The translations under genes were made by a program, and so were the position numbers. From Trueperaceae bacterium (GTDB lineage: Bacteria > Deinococcota > Deinococci > Deinococcales > Trueperaceae), in assembly GCA_965213925.1 (NCBI GenBank), contig OZ243927.1, positions 1,504,001-1,568,000 on the forward strand: a DNA stretch of 64,000 nt, in the 5' to 3' direction. Below, piece by piece: positions 48,937-57,602 of the stretch; position 1 is the first letter of the stretch; each line of letters opens with the position of its first letter. The notes under the pieces are model-generated. The model was not told the DNA's origin, searched no databases, and saw nothing but the letters and a program-made list of their open reading frames with translations.

Positions 48937-49987
48937 TAGCATTTCCATTTCTCGCTGCTACAAGTTAAGCTGCTGCTATGCCAGCCTATTCACTAGACTT
49001 ACGCGAGCGGATTGTTGAGGCGGTTGAGGAAGGGCAGAATAAAAGTGCGGTAGCGAGACGCTTCGGGGTTAGCCGCTGGAGCGTACAGCGTTATGTTGAT
49101 AGAGCCGAGGCGGGAGAGCTAGCCGCAACGCCACACCCTGGAAAAGGGTACAAACTCAATGAGTATCATCATGAGATATTGCGTCAGCAAGTAGTTGAGC
49201 ATAACGACTGGACGTTAGAGCAGCACGCTGAGGCACTAGCTGAGGCTACCGGCATTGAACTCGCGAAGTCTACAGTAGACACTTACTTTCGTAGGTTAGG
49301 CATCAGTCGTAAAAAAAGAGCCTTTACCCACAGGTTAAGCGCATAGCGCGTTGCATCTGCGATGCTCATCTGTGCCGAGCGAGATGATGTAGCCAGAGTA
49401 CAGTGGCGTGAAGAGGTGGCGAAACTCGACCCTACGACGCTGGTGTTTCTCGATGAGACGAGGCTTACTTGAACCTCTCACGCAGCTATGGACGCGCTGC
49501 TACCAGTAAGCGCGTGATTGATCATGCGCCGAAAGGCAAAAAGGAGCGGGTCAGCCTCTTAGCCGCTGTAACCCTGCGCGGGCTCGAGGGCAAACACTGC
49601 CTGGTCCACCCTGAGAACGTCTCTACGAGGGCCTTCGGCAACAACAAGACCGCCTTTATCAGTTACCTCAAAACCCTGTTGCCTAATCTCAAAGTGGGCT
49701 CGGTGCTCGTGCTGGATAATTGGCGCGTGCATCAAGGACCTGATGTGCGTGACCTTGTAGCTAAATACAAATGCTCACTTCTTTACCTGCCTGCTTACTC
49801 CCCCGATTTCAATCCTATTGAACTGCTCTTCAGCAAGATTAAAGCCTTCGTCAAAAAGCTTCGACCTCTCGCTCTACCCGAGCTTATACAAGCCTTTGCT
49901 GATGCTGTCCTCTCTGTAACTTCTGACGATGCCAAAAACACCTTCGAACATTGCGGCTATGTGGGGCAGTGAAATATGGAAATGCTA
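48937..49987 (+). mobile_element. degenerate IS630-family element
   Basis: IRs TAGCATTTCCAT...ATGGAAATGCTA with terminal TA; ORF1 MPAYSLDLRERIV; A7 slippery site; FLDET, LDN..VH, LPAYSPDFNPIE; disrupted by an insertion and a frameshift. Confidence 0.9.
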
Positions 49988-49992
49988 TTAAT

Positions 49993-51132
49993 TCAATGCA
50001 CAGGTTCAAACAGCGTCAGGTTCAATCCCCAAACGACGACTTGACCTTTGTAGATGTGGACGAATGTCTCGGAGCTATGCGCCGCACGCTCGTCGGACGA
50101 AAAGCTCACCAGTTCGCCCGTGTCCACGTCAAGCGTGAAGAGCCGTCCGTTTGAGGCGTACAAGTTGCCCTCATATAACACCGGACGACCTGAAAATGTG
50201 TAACCCGCTGGAGTTTCCGAGGTGTCAAAGGTCCAGCGCAATTGACCGTTGGAGACGTTCATTGCAAGGATACACGATCCGCCTCCGTTGTTACGGTAGA
50301 TGATGCCGTCAACAGCGAGAAAAGCGAACGTAGTCTGGTAATGAGCGTCGTCACAGATGAGCGGGTCACTAATCCACACCTTCTGACCTGTCTGCAAGTC
50401 GTAAGCAATGTAGCGGCTCCACGCCTCGACAATCAGCCGTCCTGAGACGATTTCTGCATAGGTGCCTGTGTAGAGAGAGTCAATACCGGGATCATGAGTA
50501 CCGCTACGCCACAGTTCGTGCCCGTCGTCGCCAGAGAGCTTGAAGACGCTATCATCATAGTCGCCAGCGAAAAGTGTAACATATACGTCGCCTCGTTCGT
50601 CTACAGCTACTCCGCTAAGCATCTTAGGCTGCTCGCTTTGCCACAGCAGTGTGGGCTTCGCTGGATTACCAACATCGTATACGTAGAGCTGAGTACCGTT
50701 TGGAACGAAAAGCCTATCCCCTTGCAAGACCAGCCTTGCACCTGGAGTATTCCCGCCTGAAGTGCTGGAGTAAGGTATGGAGGCAAGCTCTGCGCCATCA
50801 AGGAGGTAGACGCGGAGACCATTTCCTATGTCATAGAAGAGATGCGTACCGTCGCTCACCACAGTAGGGCGAAACTTACTTCCCAATAAGGGTTCCTTCG
50901 ATTTCCAAAGGACGTTACCGTCCTCTAGGCTGACTGCCGTGAGATACCAGTTGCCGTCCTCACTATCTGTAAAACCCATGATTTGGTCTTGAACAATGAG
51001 GCTGTAGCCCAATCCATCTACTGGGGTAGACCAAATGACAGATGTCTCATTAGAAAACTCGCTTCGGGCGCAACTTATAAGGAGGATAGAAGCTGCGAGA
51101 AACAGCACCCCTCTTTGAAGAATGTTTGTCAT
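49993..51132 (-). CDS. PQQ-like beta-propeller lipoprotein
   Basis: Lipobox LISC; repeated (A)xD/xxxG..W blades. Confidence 0.8.
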   Translation of the reverse strand: MTNILQRGVLFLAASILLISCARSEFSNETSVIWSTPVDGLGYSLIVQDQIMGFTDSEDGNWYLTAVSLEDGNVLWKSKEPLLGSKFRPTVVSDGTHLFYDIGNGLRVYLLDGAELASIPYSSTSGGNTPGARLVLQGDRLFVPNGTQLYVYDVGNPAKPTLLWQSEQPKMLSGVAVDERGDVYVTLFAGDYDDSVFKLSGDDGHELWRSGTHDPGIDSLYTGTYAEIVSGRLIVEAWSRYIAYDLQTGQKVWISDPLICDDAHYQTTFAFLAVDGIIYRNNGGGSCILAMNVSNGQLRWTFDTSETPAGYTFSGRPVLYEGNLYASNGRLFTLDVDTGELVSFSSDERAAHSSETFVHIYKGQVVVWGLNLTLFEPVH

Positions 51133-51545
51133 GATTGATTGTAGTGACTGTACAACCCATTCGTTGAGATATTTTAGGTTTTGCGCTCGTTGTTAAGTTT
51201 ATAACGCTTATACCACGTCGTATTTTCATAAACACGCATCCAACCTCGTCATGCTGGTAGGCTAGAATTAGGAGGGCTCCCGCTTCGGCGTCATTCTACC
51301 TCTACACTATAATATCGTGGGGACACGCGACTTGAATATCCTGGAACGACGAACAGGACTTGTGTCTATCTATAACGTTGTGAGAGGGCGTGCAGTTTTC
51401 TACTCTTGCTAAACTCAATATACAAGCAGGGCGTATCATGCCGTTATTATCATGCTGCATCTATGACCAGATGCTACCCAGGTTAGAGCAAAGCTCTATA
51501 GGCTCTTAGCCTTCACCTATGCTGCTAAAGGCTCTTTTTCGCTCG

Positions 51546-51588
51546 GATTGATTCGCTAACATGTTAGCGAATCAATCGGAATTGGTAT
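51546..51588. repeat. perfect 32-bp palindrome with Deinococcus-type repeat terminus
   Basis: GATTGATTCGCTAACA/TGTTAGCGAATCAATC then GGAATTGGTAT, resembling the end of 17472-17539. Confidence 0.65.
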
Positions 51589-52235
51589 GATACCTGCTAT
51601 TCAATGACGAGGACGTGAGCAGGTCAGGGAGTTCGCTGAGGTCGTCTATAACGCCGTCGGCACTTCTCGGCGCAGGATAGAGAGCGTTTCGCACCCAAAC
51701 CGTCCTAAGCCCGACTTGCTGCGCCGCTGCAACATCGTTCTCAGGATGATCGCCCACGTAGACCGCCTGACGTGGCGTAACACCGAGCTGACGAAGGCAG
51801 CGTTCGAAGATAACTGGGCTCGGCTTTTTGACGCCCTCTTCCTCCGAAATCTTGACAGCGCTAAAAAATCCGCGAATCCCAGCGTTGTCAATTTTGGCGT
51901 TTTGACTTCTACTTCGTCCGTTTGTCACTAAGCCGAGTTTGTAGTGCGCCCTCAATGCTCGCAGTACCTCTTTAACTCCGTCAAATAGAATAGGGTCTCG
52001 GCCGTAGACCTCTTCAAAGTCAGCGTGGAGGTCGCCACCAAGCTCGAGCGTAAACCTCTCCTTTCGGCGCGTACCCGTTGGCGTCGTAGCGCTGAACTGT
52101 TGCGATGAAGGTGGCACGCGAGACCGTGGCTAAGCCGTCTCGAAAGCGGAGGTGTTGCGCCTCCAAGAAGTGCCTAAACGTCGCCCTTCTATCCACCAAC
52201 GTCTGGTCGAGGTCGAAAATAACAGCTTTGATCAT
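51572..52235 (-). pseudogene. HAD-IA hydrolase, frameshifted near 52050
   Basis: IFDLDQTL in one frame; VTNG, KP, YVGDHPEND in another. Confidence 0.8.
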
Positions 52236-52325
52236 CTCGGTTATATCTGACGTCCCCTATCCGCTACGATACACTGAATCTATCTACCGAAACACTCGCG
52301 CGCCTGTATATTTGGGGAGGTCTCT

Positions 52326-53459
52326 ATGGTTGCTCGCACCCGCACAAGTCGGCGCAACGCCGCAACGCAAACTGCTCATTTGACCCCGCTTAGCACGCTC
52401 GCGTTCGACTGGGTCTACACGCTCTTCGTGTTTTTGGTCGCGGTGGGCGTCTACATAGACGGCTGGTCGCACGCCTCGTTCGGACCGGATCAGTCGGTGC
52501 TGAGCGAGTACCACCTGCTCTTCTACGCGAGCCTTATGGCGTTAGGGCTGTGGCTGTTCGGCACGGCGTTCAGCAACCGGCGCGCGGGATTCAGTGGGTT
52601 GAACGCGCTACCGGCAGGCTACAAGCTCTCGGCGCTAGGGCTTTTTATCTTCGGCGTGACGGGCGTATTCGACCTCGGCGGGCACGCGCTCTTCGGCTTC
52701 GAGGTCGATAACGAGGCGCTTTACAGCCCGACGCATCTGGGGCTCTTCCTCGGCTGGGCGCTCCTCAGCGTCGGACCTGCCAAAGCTGCGTATAGGCGGC
52801 GAGAGGTGGCTGGGCTCGAGCAGGGGGCATCACAGAAGACATCGCAAAAGACCTCATGGTGGACCTCGTTTCTCACCCTCTTGCCCGCGCTCATCGCTTG
52901 GGCGAGTTTTTTCAACATCTTGGCGTTCGTCGCGATGGACCTCTTCGGCACGAGCGCGGGCTTTATGCTGAGCGAGAACCGCGCACGTAGCGATTACATA
53001 GGGGAGACGCTAGGTATTTCAGGCGTGATTATCCAGACCGCGACGACGGTAGGCGTGCTCGCCTGGCTGACGCTGCGCTTCAGATTGCCGGCGGGCGCGT
53101 TCACTCTCTTCTTCTCGCTCTACGGGCTCTACGGCTCGGTCTTAGAGCTAGACGTCTCGCTTGTTCCTGTGTTCTTCGTCGTCGGCGCGCTCTGCGACGC
53201 GCTCTACGCACTTCTGAAGCCGAGCGCACGACAGCGTGTTAGGTTCCACCTCTTCAACGTGCTCGTCGCGCTCAGCTTGTGGGCGACGTTCTATGCGTTT
53301 GTCTTTCTCACGGATTATGGCGGCGGCGTCTGGTACACGCCCTACATCTGGACGGGCAGCGTCGCGCAAGCTCTGGCGGTCGCGCTGCTCGTCTCGCTCC
53401 TATCCACTTCCGCTCCATCAACCTCTACTTCGTGTGAAACTCAGGGCGCAGCCACTTAG
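52326..53459 (+). CDS. uncharacterised polytopic membrane protein with His motifs
   Basis: About 9-10 TM; IDGWSH, EYHLLFY, DLGGH, EALYSPTH. Confidence 0.8.
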   Translation: MVARTRTSRRNAATQTAHLTPLSTLAFDWVYTLFVFLVAVGVYIDGWSHASFGPDQSVLSEYHLLFYASLMALGLWLFGTAFSNRRAGFSGLNALPAGYKLSALGLFIFGVTGVFDLGGHALFGFEVDNEALYSPTHLGLFLGWALLSVGPAKAAYRRREVAGLEQGASQKTSQKTSWWTSFLTLLPALIAWASFFNILAFVAMDLFGTSAGFMLSENRARSDYIGETLGISGVIIQTATTVGVLAWLTLRFRLPAGAFTLFFSLYGLYGSVLELDVSLVPVFFVVGALCDALYALLKPSARQRVRFHLFNVLVALSLWATFYAFVFLTDYGGGVWYTPYIWTGSVAQALAVALLVSLLSTSAPSTSTSCETQGAAT

Positions 53460-53467
53460 GTTTGAGA

Positions 53468-54065
53468 GTGCACGTGCTGCGCCCTCTTAGCCATTACCCT
53501 CTTATTCGTCCTCTGCGGCTACGCCGTGGACGCCCACAGCGGCTTCAATACGCTCGCGTGGCGTGAGGCTTGGGATGCGTACACCGTGAGCGTATTAGAA
53601 GACTTTCACATGGCGGGTGCAGGTCAGGGTAACGCGCAGCTCTTCGTCCAACTTTCGGATGGAAGAGAGACTGCGCCAGCTTCGACCCAGGTGAACGCGG
53701 TGATTCGGTACGAGGGCGACGCCCTGTACGAAGACACCTTGTACGAGGGAGCGGTGCCCTACCTCTCGGAGAGCAGCGCGGACGGCGAGACCTCTTATGC
53801 GGGCTACCTCTTAGCGATCTCCCTAAATCAAGAAGGGATGTACGGGCTCGAGCTAACCCTCTCAAGTCCGCTCGGCACGGTAAGCCGAACCTACGCTATT
53901 CATACGCAGCAGGGCGGACCTTCGGTGCTCGAGGTTCTCCCCAGCGTGCTCATCCTCGCTATCGTCTTAGGCGGCACCGCGCTCCTCTTCGTCCCGTTAC
54001 CCCTTCCAAGAAAGGGCGTTCGAAAGGAACCTCATGAAATACCTTCTCAGCTTAGTCGCGATTAG
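53468..54065 (+). CDS. putative exported, C-terminally anchored beta-sandwich (YtkA-like) protein; 5' end frameshifted
   Basis: In-frame h-region LLAITLLFVLCGYAVDA-HSG upstream of the track start; GTG 53468 joins it if one C of a CCC run is removed; C-terminal TM. Confidence 0.6.
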
Positions 54066-54609
54066 CTGCGCCTACGCATTGTCCGCTCCCCTTACAAGCT
54101 GGCTCCCTACGGACTGGCTAGGGCGCATCATCAACACCGAAGAGCACCTCATCCACCGCGAAGAGGTTGGACCTTATCTCGTTAGTGGCGACGGGCAACG
54201 CCTCATCGATAACCCGTACCTCAAGCTCGACATCCGCTATGAGGGCGAGCGCATCTCGCCGAGTAGCGACGTGCGCGTAAACGCGACGCTTTCTCGTCAA
54301 GGTGAGATGAGTACGGCGCGTTACACGCCCGAAGTGCGAGACGGGCTTTTTGTTATCCACCCGCTCGAGCTGCCCGGCGCAGAGACTTGGGGGTGGGAGA
54401 GTGGCGGCTGGCTCGAGCTTGACCTCTTAATTGACGGACCCGCAGGCGAAGCGCAAGGGAGTACGGGCTTCTACATCTATCCGCCCAAACCCGAGACGAG
54501 TAGAATATTTAGCGTGATTAACTTCGGCTTACCGTTCGCTTTGCTGGTGCTTGTCGCGCTTATCTACAAACTGAGGCGGGTTCGGCTGCAGCGCTACGGC
54601 GCGTCCTAG
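54034..54609 (+). CDS. putative exported, C-terminally anchored beta-sandwich protein, probable paralog of the upstream ORF
   Basis: Signal-like N-terminus, IRYEG, GWLELDLLIDGPAG, C-terminal TM + basic tail. Confidence 0.65.
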   Translation: MKYLLSLVAISCAYALSAPLTSWLPTDWLGRIINTEEHLIHREEVGPYLVSGDGQRLIDNPYLKLDIRYEGERISPSSDVRVNATLSRQGEMSTARYTPEVRDGLFVIHPLELPGAETWGWESGGWLELDLLIDGPAGEAQGSTGFYIYPPKPETSRIFSVINFGLPFALLVLVALIYKLRRVRLQRYGAS

Positions 54610-54698
54610 AGTGTAAGCAGCGCTTGTTATTGGGACTTTGTTGAGAGGAGGCTAGGACGCGAGTCTCAACCCGCAACTCAAACGTTACAGTTTAGGCG

Positions 54699-55247
54699 CT
54701 ACAACTTAGGTAGCGTCACCCCCCGCTGCCCCTGATACTTCCCCTTCCTATCCGCATACGTCACCTCGGGCTGCTCCCCCTGAAAAAAGAGAAGCTGCAC
54801 GATGCCCTCGTTCGCGTAGACCTTGGCGGGCAGGGGCGTCGTATTAGAAAGCTCCAGCGTCACATGTCCTTCCCAGCCCGGCTCCAAAGGTGTCACGTTC
54901 GCGACGATGCCGCACCGCGCGTAGCTCGACTTGCCGAGCGCCACCACCATCACGTCAGTTGGGATGCGCAAATACTCCACCGAGCGCGTCAGCACGAAGG
55001 AGTTGGGCGGGATGATACAAAAGTCCTCTTCGGTCTCGACGAGGCTTCTCACGTCGAAGGTTTTGGGGTCCACGAGCGTGTTAAAGGCGTTCACGAAGAT
55101 GCGCCATTCGGGGGCGGCGCGGAGGTCGTAGCCAAATGACGAGAGCCCGTACGAGATGACGCCCTCGCGCACGAGGCGGTCTTCGAAGGGGTCAATCATG
55201 CCTTGTAATGCCTGCTCACGAATCCACCAGTCGGGTTTGATGCTCAT
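54699..55247 (-). CDS. dcd: dCTP deaminase
   Basis: [42 protein letters not shown]. Confidence 0.97.
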   Translation of the reverse strand: MSIKPDWWIREQALQGMIDPFEDRLVREGVISYGLSSFGYDLRAAPEWRIFVNAFNTLVDPKTFDVRSLVETEEDFCIIPPNSFVLTRSVEYLRIPTDVMVVALGKSSYARCGIVANVTPLEPGWEGHVTLELSNTTPLPAKVYANEGIVQLLFFQGEQPEVTYADRKGKYQGQRGVTLPKL

Positions 55248-55381
55248 GGAGGGCAGTGTACCCCAGCAGGTATTATCTGGTCACGAACGCGCTGAGTAAA
55301 AAAGAATATTGACGACTTTGGGTTCTCGGGGATGATGCAAGGATAAGTTTTAACAAACCCTTTAGATGGGAGGCTCGAGCC

Positions 55382-56626
55382 TCACGCTTTACCACCCTCA
55401 ACAGTTCCGGGGCTCTCGAGAGGGTCTCTCACCGCCGAGCGCAACCAGGTCAGCGCCAGAGGAGCCATCAGAATACCCATACCGAAAAAGATGGCGCGAA
55501 CTGAGAATAGCGCTAACGCCCCACCCGCCAGCGCGTAGCCTGCGGGCTGCGCTCCGCGTACCAACGCCATAAAAAGCCCGTACACCCTCCCCATAAGCTC
55601 ATCGCTGACGCTCTCTTGCAAAATCGTCTGAACTTGAATGGTCATCAGCGCTGAGGCTACGCCGAAGATGGCTAATGCGACGAGGGAGAGTAGAAGCAGC
55701 GGCGAGAGCGCGACGCCAACCAGACAGAGCGCACCCGTGAGCGTTCCCGCCACGAGCACGGTGAGAGGTCGCTGGACTTGAAAGAAATTCATAAGGAAAA
55801 AGCCTAAGAACTGCCCGCCGACAAAACTCGCGCTGAGGTAGCCGTAACCCGCTGAGCCTGCCTCTAAAAGTTGGGCGTAAGGTGCAGCGAGGACGGTGAG
55901 CGGCGCGACGAGAAAGTTGAGAACGACCGCCGTGCCGATGATAGCGAGGAGGAGCGAGTTGCCCCAGATAACCTGAAACCCTTCAACAAAGCCGCCCTCG
56001 GACTCCGTGACCTCTTCTACTGATTCCTCTTGGACTTGCTTAGCAGCGGACCGTGTTGGCTCGCGCAAGAACACGAGAATGATGCTCGCCGCCAGCAATA
56101 AGCCTACACAAATCAAGAGCGTTCCGCCCGCGCCGAACGCGGCGTTCGCTAGACCTGCCACCGCGAAGGAGGAGAGGTTCGCCAAGGAGGTCGAAAGACC
56201 CATCGCCGCGTTGCCCTTCTGATAGCTCTCTTTCGGCAAGATAAGTGGGAGCAGCGCGCTGAGCGCCGGACCTCTTAGCGCCGTTGCGACGTTAGTAATC
56301 GTGAGGAGAACCAGTGCGACGGGTAGGCTCAGTGAGCCAAGCAAAAAGAGCGCAGCGGCGACGCCCGTGAGTGAAGCGTCCACGAGTAACATGCTGATGG
56401 ACAGCGTTTTCTTGCTGTAGCGGTCTGCTAAAACGCCGCCGAAGGGCGACGCCACTAGATACGCTGACGTGCCCACAAACGCAACCACAGCGACGAGAGA
56501 TTCGTTACCTGTGGTCGTGAGCACCCACCAGATGAGCGGCACTTCGAAAAAGCCGACGCTTAAACTCTCGAAGAGGCGCGTCGCCAGCAAGAGGTTGAAG
56601 TCTTTGATCCTAAGGGGATGCTTCAC
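55382..56626 (-). CDS. MFS efflux transporter (macrolide-efflux/DHA3-like)
   Basis: 12 TM, GGVLADRYSKK motif A, LQESVSDELMGRVYG. Confidence 0.88.
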   Translation of the reverse strand: MKHPLRIKDFNLLLATRLFESLSVGFFEVPLIWWVLTTTGNESLVAVVAFVGTSAYLVASPFGGVLADRYSKKTLSISMLLVDASLTGVAAALFLLGSLSLPVALVLLTITNVATALRGPALSALLPLILPKESYQKGNAAMGLSTSLANLSSFAVAGLANAAFGAGGTLLICVGLLLAASIILVFLREPTRSAAKQVQEESVEEVTESEGGFVEGFQVIWGNSLLLAIIGTAVVLNFLVAPLTVLAAPYAQLLEAGSAGYGYLSASFVGGQFLGFFLMNFFQVQRPLTVLVAGTLTGALCLVGVALSPLLLLSLVALAIFGVASALMTIQVQTILQESVSDELMGRVYGLFMALVRGAQPAGYALAGGALALFSVRAIFFGMGILMAPLALTWLRSAVRDPLESPGTVEGGKA

Positions 56627-56764
56627 TTGTACTCCTGAAGGTATCTGTCAAAAGCCGCTCTACAGAAGGCTCGAGATTTCGCAATCTCTATCTCAGTTGG
56701 GCTCTACTACATTCTTGACGAGTTTAACAGAATTCGCTATCGTCACCCGCGCAGGTTCAGCACT

Positions 56765-56796
56765 GAAAAAGACCTCCTCCGAGAAGGCGGTCTTCC
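56765..56796 (-). terminator. intrinsic terminator after the small peptide gene
   Basis: Minus strand AAGACCGCCTTCTCGGAGGAGGTCTTTT. Confidence 0.6.
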
Positions 56797-56834
56797 ATTC
56801 AACTTCTTGTGATGTCCTCTCGTAAAACTAAGCG

Positions 56835-56933
56835 TTAGAACAACCCCGCGTTCGCCATACTAAGCTGCGCACAAACGGTGAACAGCGCAGCGGTGAAAAA
56901 CAGAAAGGCGAGGAGTTTTTTGGACTTTTTCAT
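56835..56933 (-). CDS. 32-aa signal-peptide-like small protein MKKSKKLLAFLFFTAALFTVCAQLSMANAGLF (below ORF track cutoff)
   Basis: AAGGAG RBS 7 nt before ATG, basic n-region, hydrophobic h-region, AxA site, downstream terminator. Confidence 0.7.
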   Translation of the reverse strand: MKKSKKLLAFLFFTAALFTVCAQLSMANAGLF

Positions 56934-57012
56934 GACGGCGCTCCTTGCGTTTTGAGAGAGATTGAGTTGCATAGGGCGATTCGTACAGTGATATACAGGG
57001 TGCCCCTACGAG

Positions 57013-57516
57013 TTAGCGGTTGTTGCGCTCGAAGGCGTTTTTGAGACTGCCGCGCTGGTCTTTGGCTTCTCTGAGCAAGCTGTCTACGTCAAAGGTGCCT
57101 TGGGTGGTGAGGGCGTCGGCGGCGGGTAGCTCGAGCCCCAACGCTTCTAAGTGCGCTTCAGCCTTCGCAACCTCAGCCGCGCCACAAGAGGTGAGGCTGT
57201 CGGTGCCGTCCACTAAGTCGGCTAGGAAGAGGACGGCGGTTTCGCGGTCCAACGTTGCGTTCTCAACCGCGTCGTCCATTCGGAGGAAGACGCAGCTCGA
57301 CAAGACGCCGGGGCGCTGCATCTCCCACAAGAAGATTCGCGCGTTTTCCGCTTGAGTGTCTGCGCCGCCGTCAACCTCTCGCCCGCTCAGCATCTCGGCG
57401 AGGGTAAGGACCATTTCGGTGCTCGGGTTGTCGTTCAAGGTGTTAGCGCTTGCGCTGCCTATGTACCCAAACGCAGGAAGCATGGTCAAAGCTGCGATAA
57501 AGAGAGTTTGAATCAT
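57013..57516 (-). CDS. secreted hypothetical protein
   Basis: AAGGAG RBS, signal peptide ending ASA, two Cys. Confidence 0.75.
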   Translation of the reverse strand: MIQTLFIAALTMLPAFGYIGSASANTLNDNPSTEMVLTLAEMLSGREVDGGADTQAENARIFLWEMQRPGVLSSCVFLRMDDAVENATLDRETAVLFLADLVDGTDSLTSCGAAEVAKAEAHLEALGLELPAADALTTQGTFDVDSLLREAKDQRGSLKNAFERNNR

Positions 57517-57602
57517 CGTGTTGCTCCTTTAGTTCAATTGTAAGAAAACTCACTAATAAGAGAATGAGAGGACGCTCAAGAAATTTGGGCGTCCCTTTAG
57601 CC

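Noticed and set aside
36815..53760. Short in-frame tandem duplications (IDGGEIDGGE, SQKTSQKTS, ALYEDTLYE)
   Set aside because: Two-copy slippage in linkers; no evidence of function
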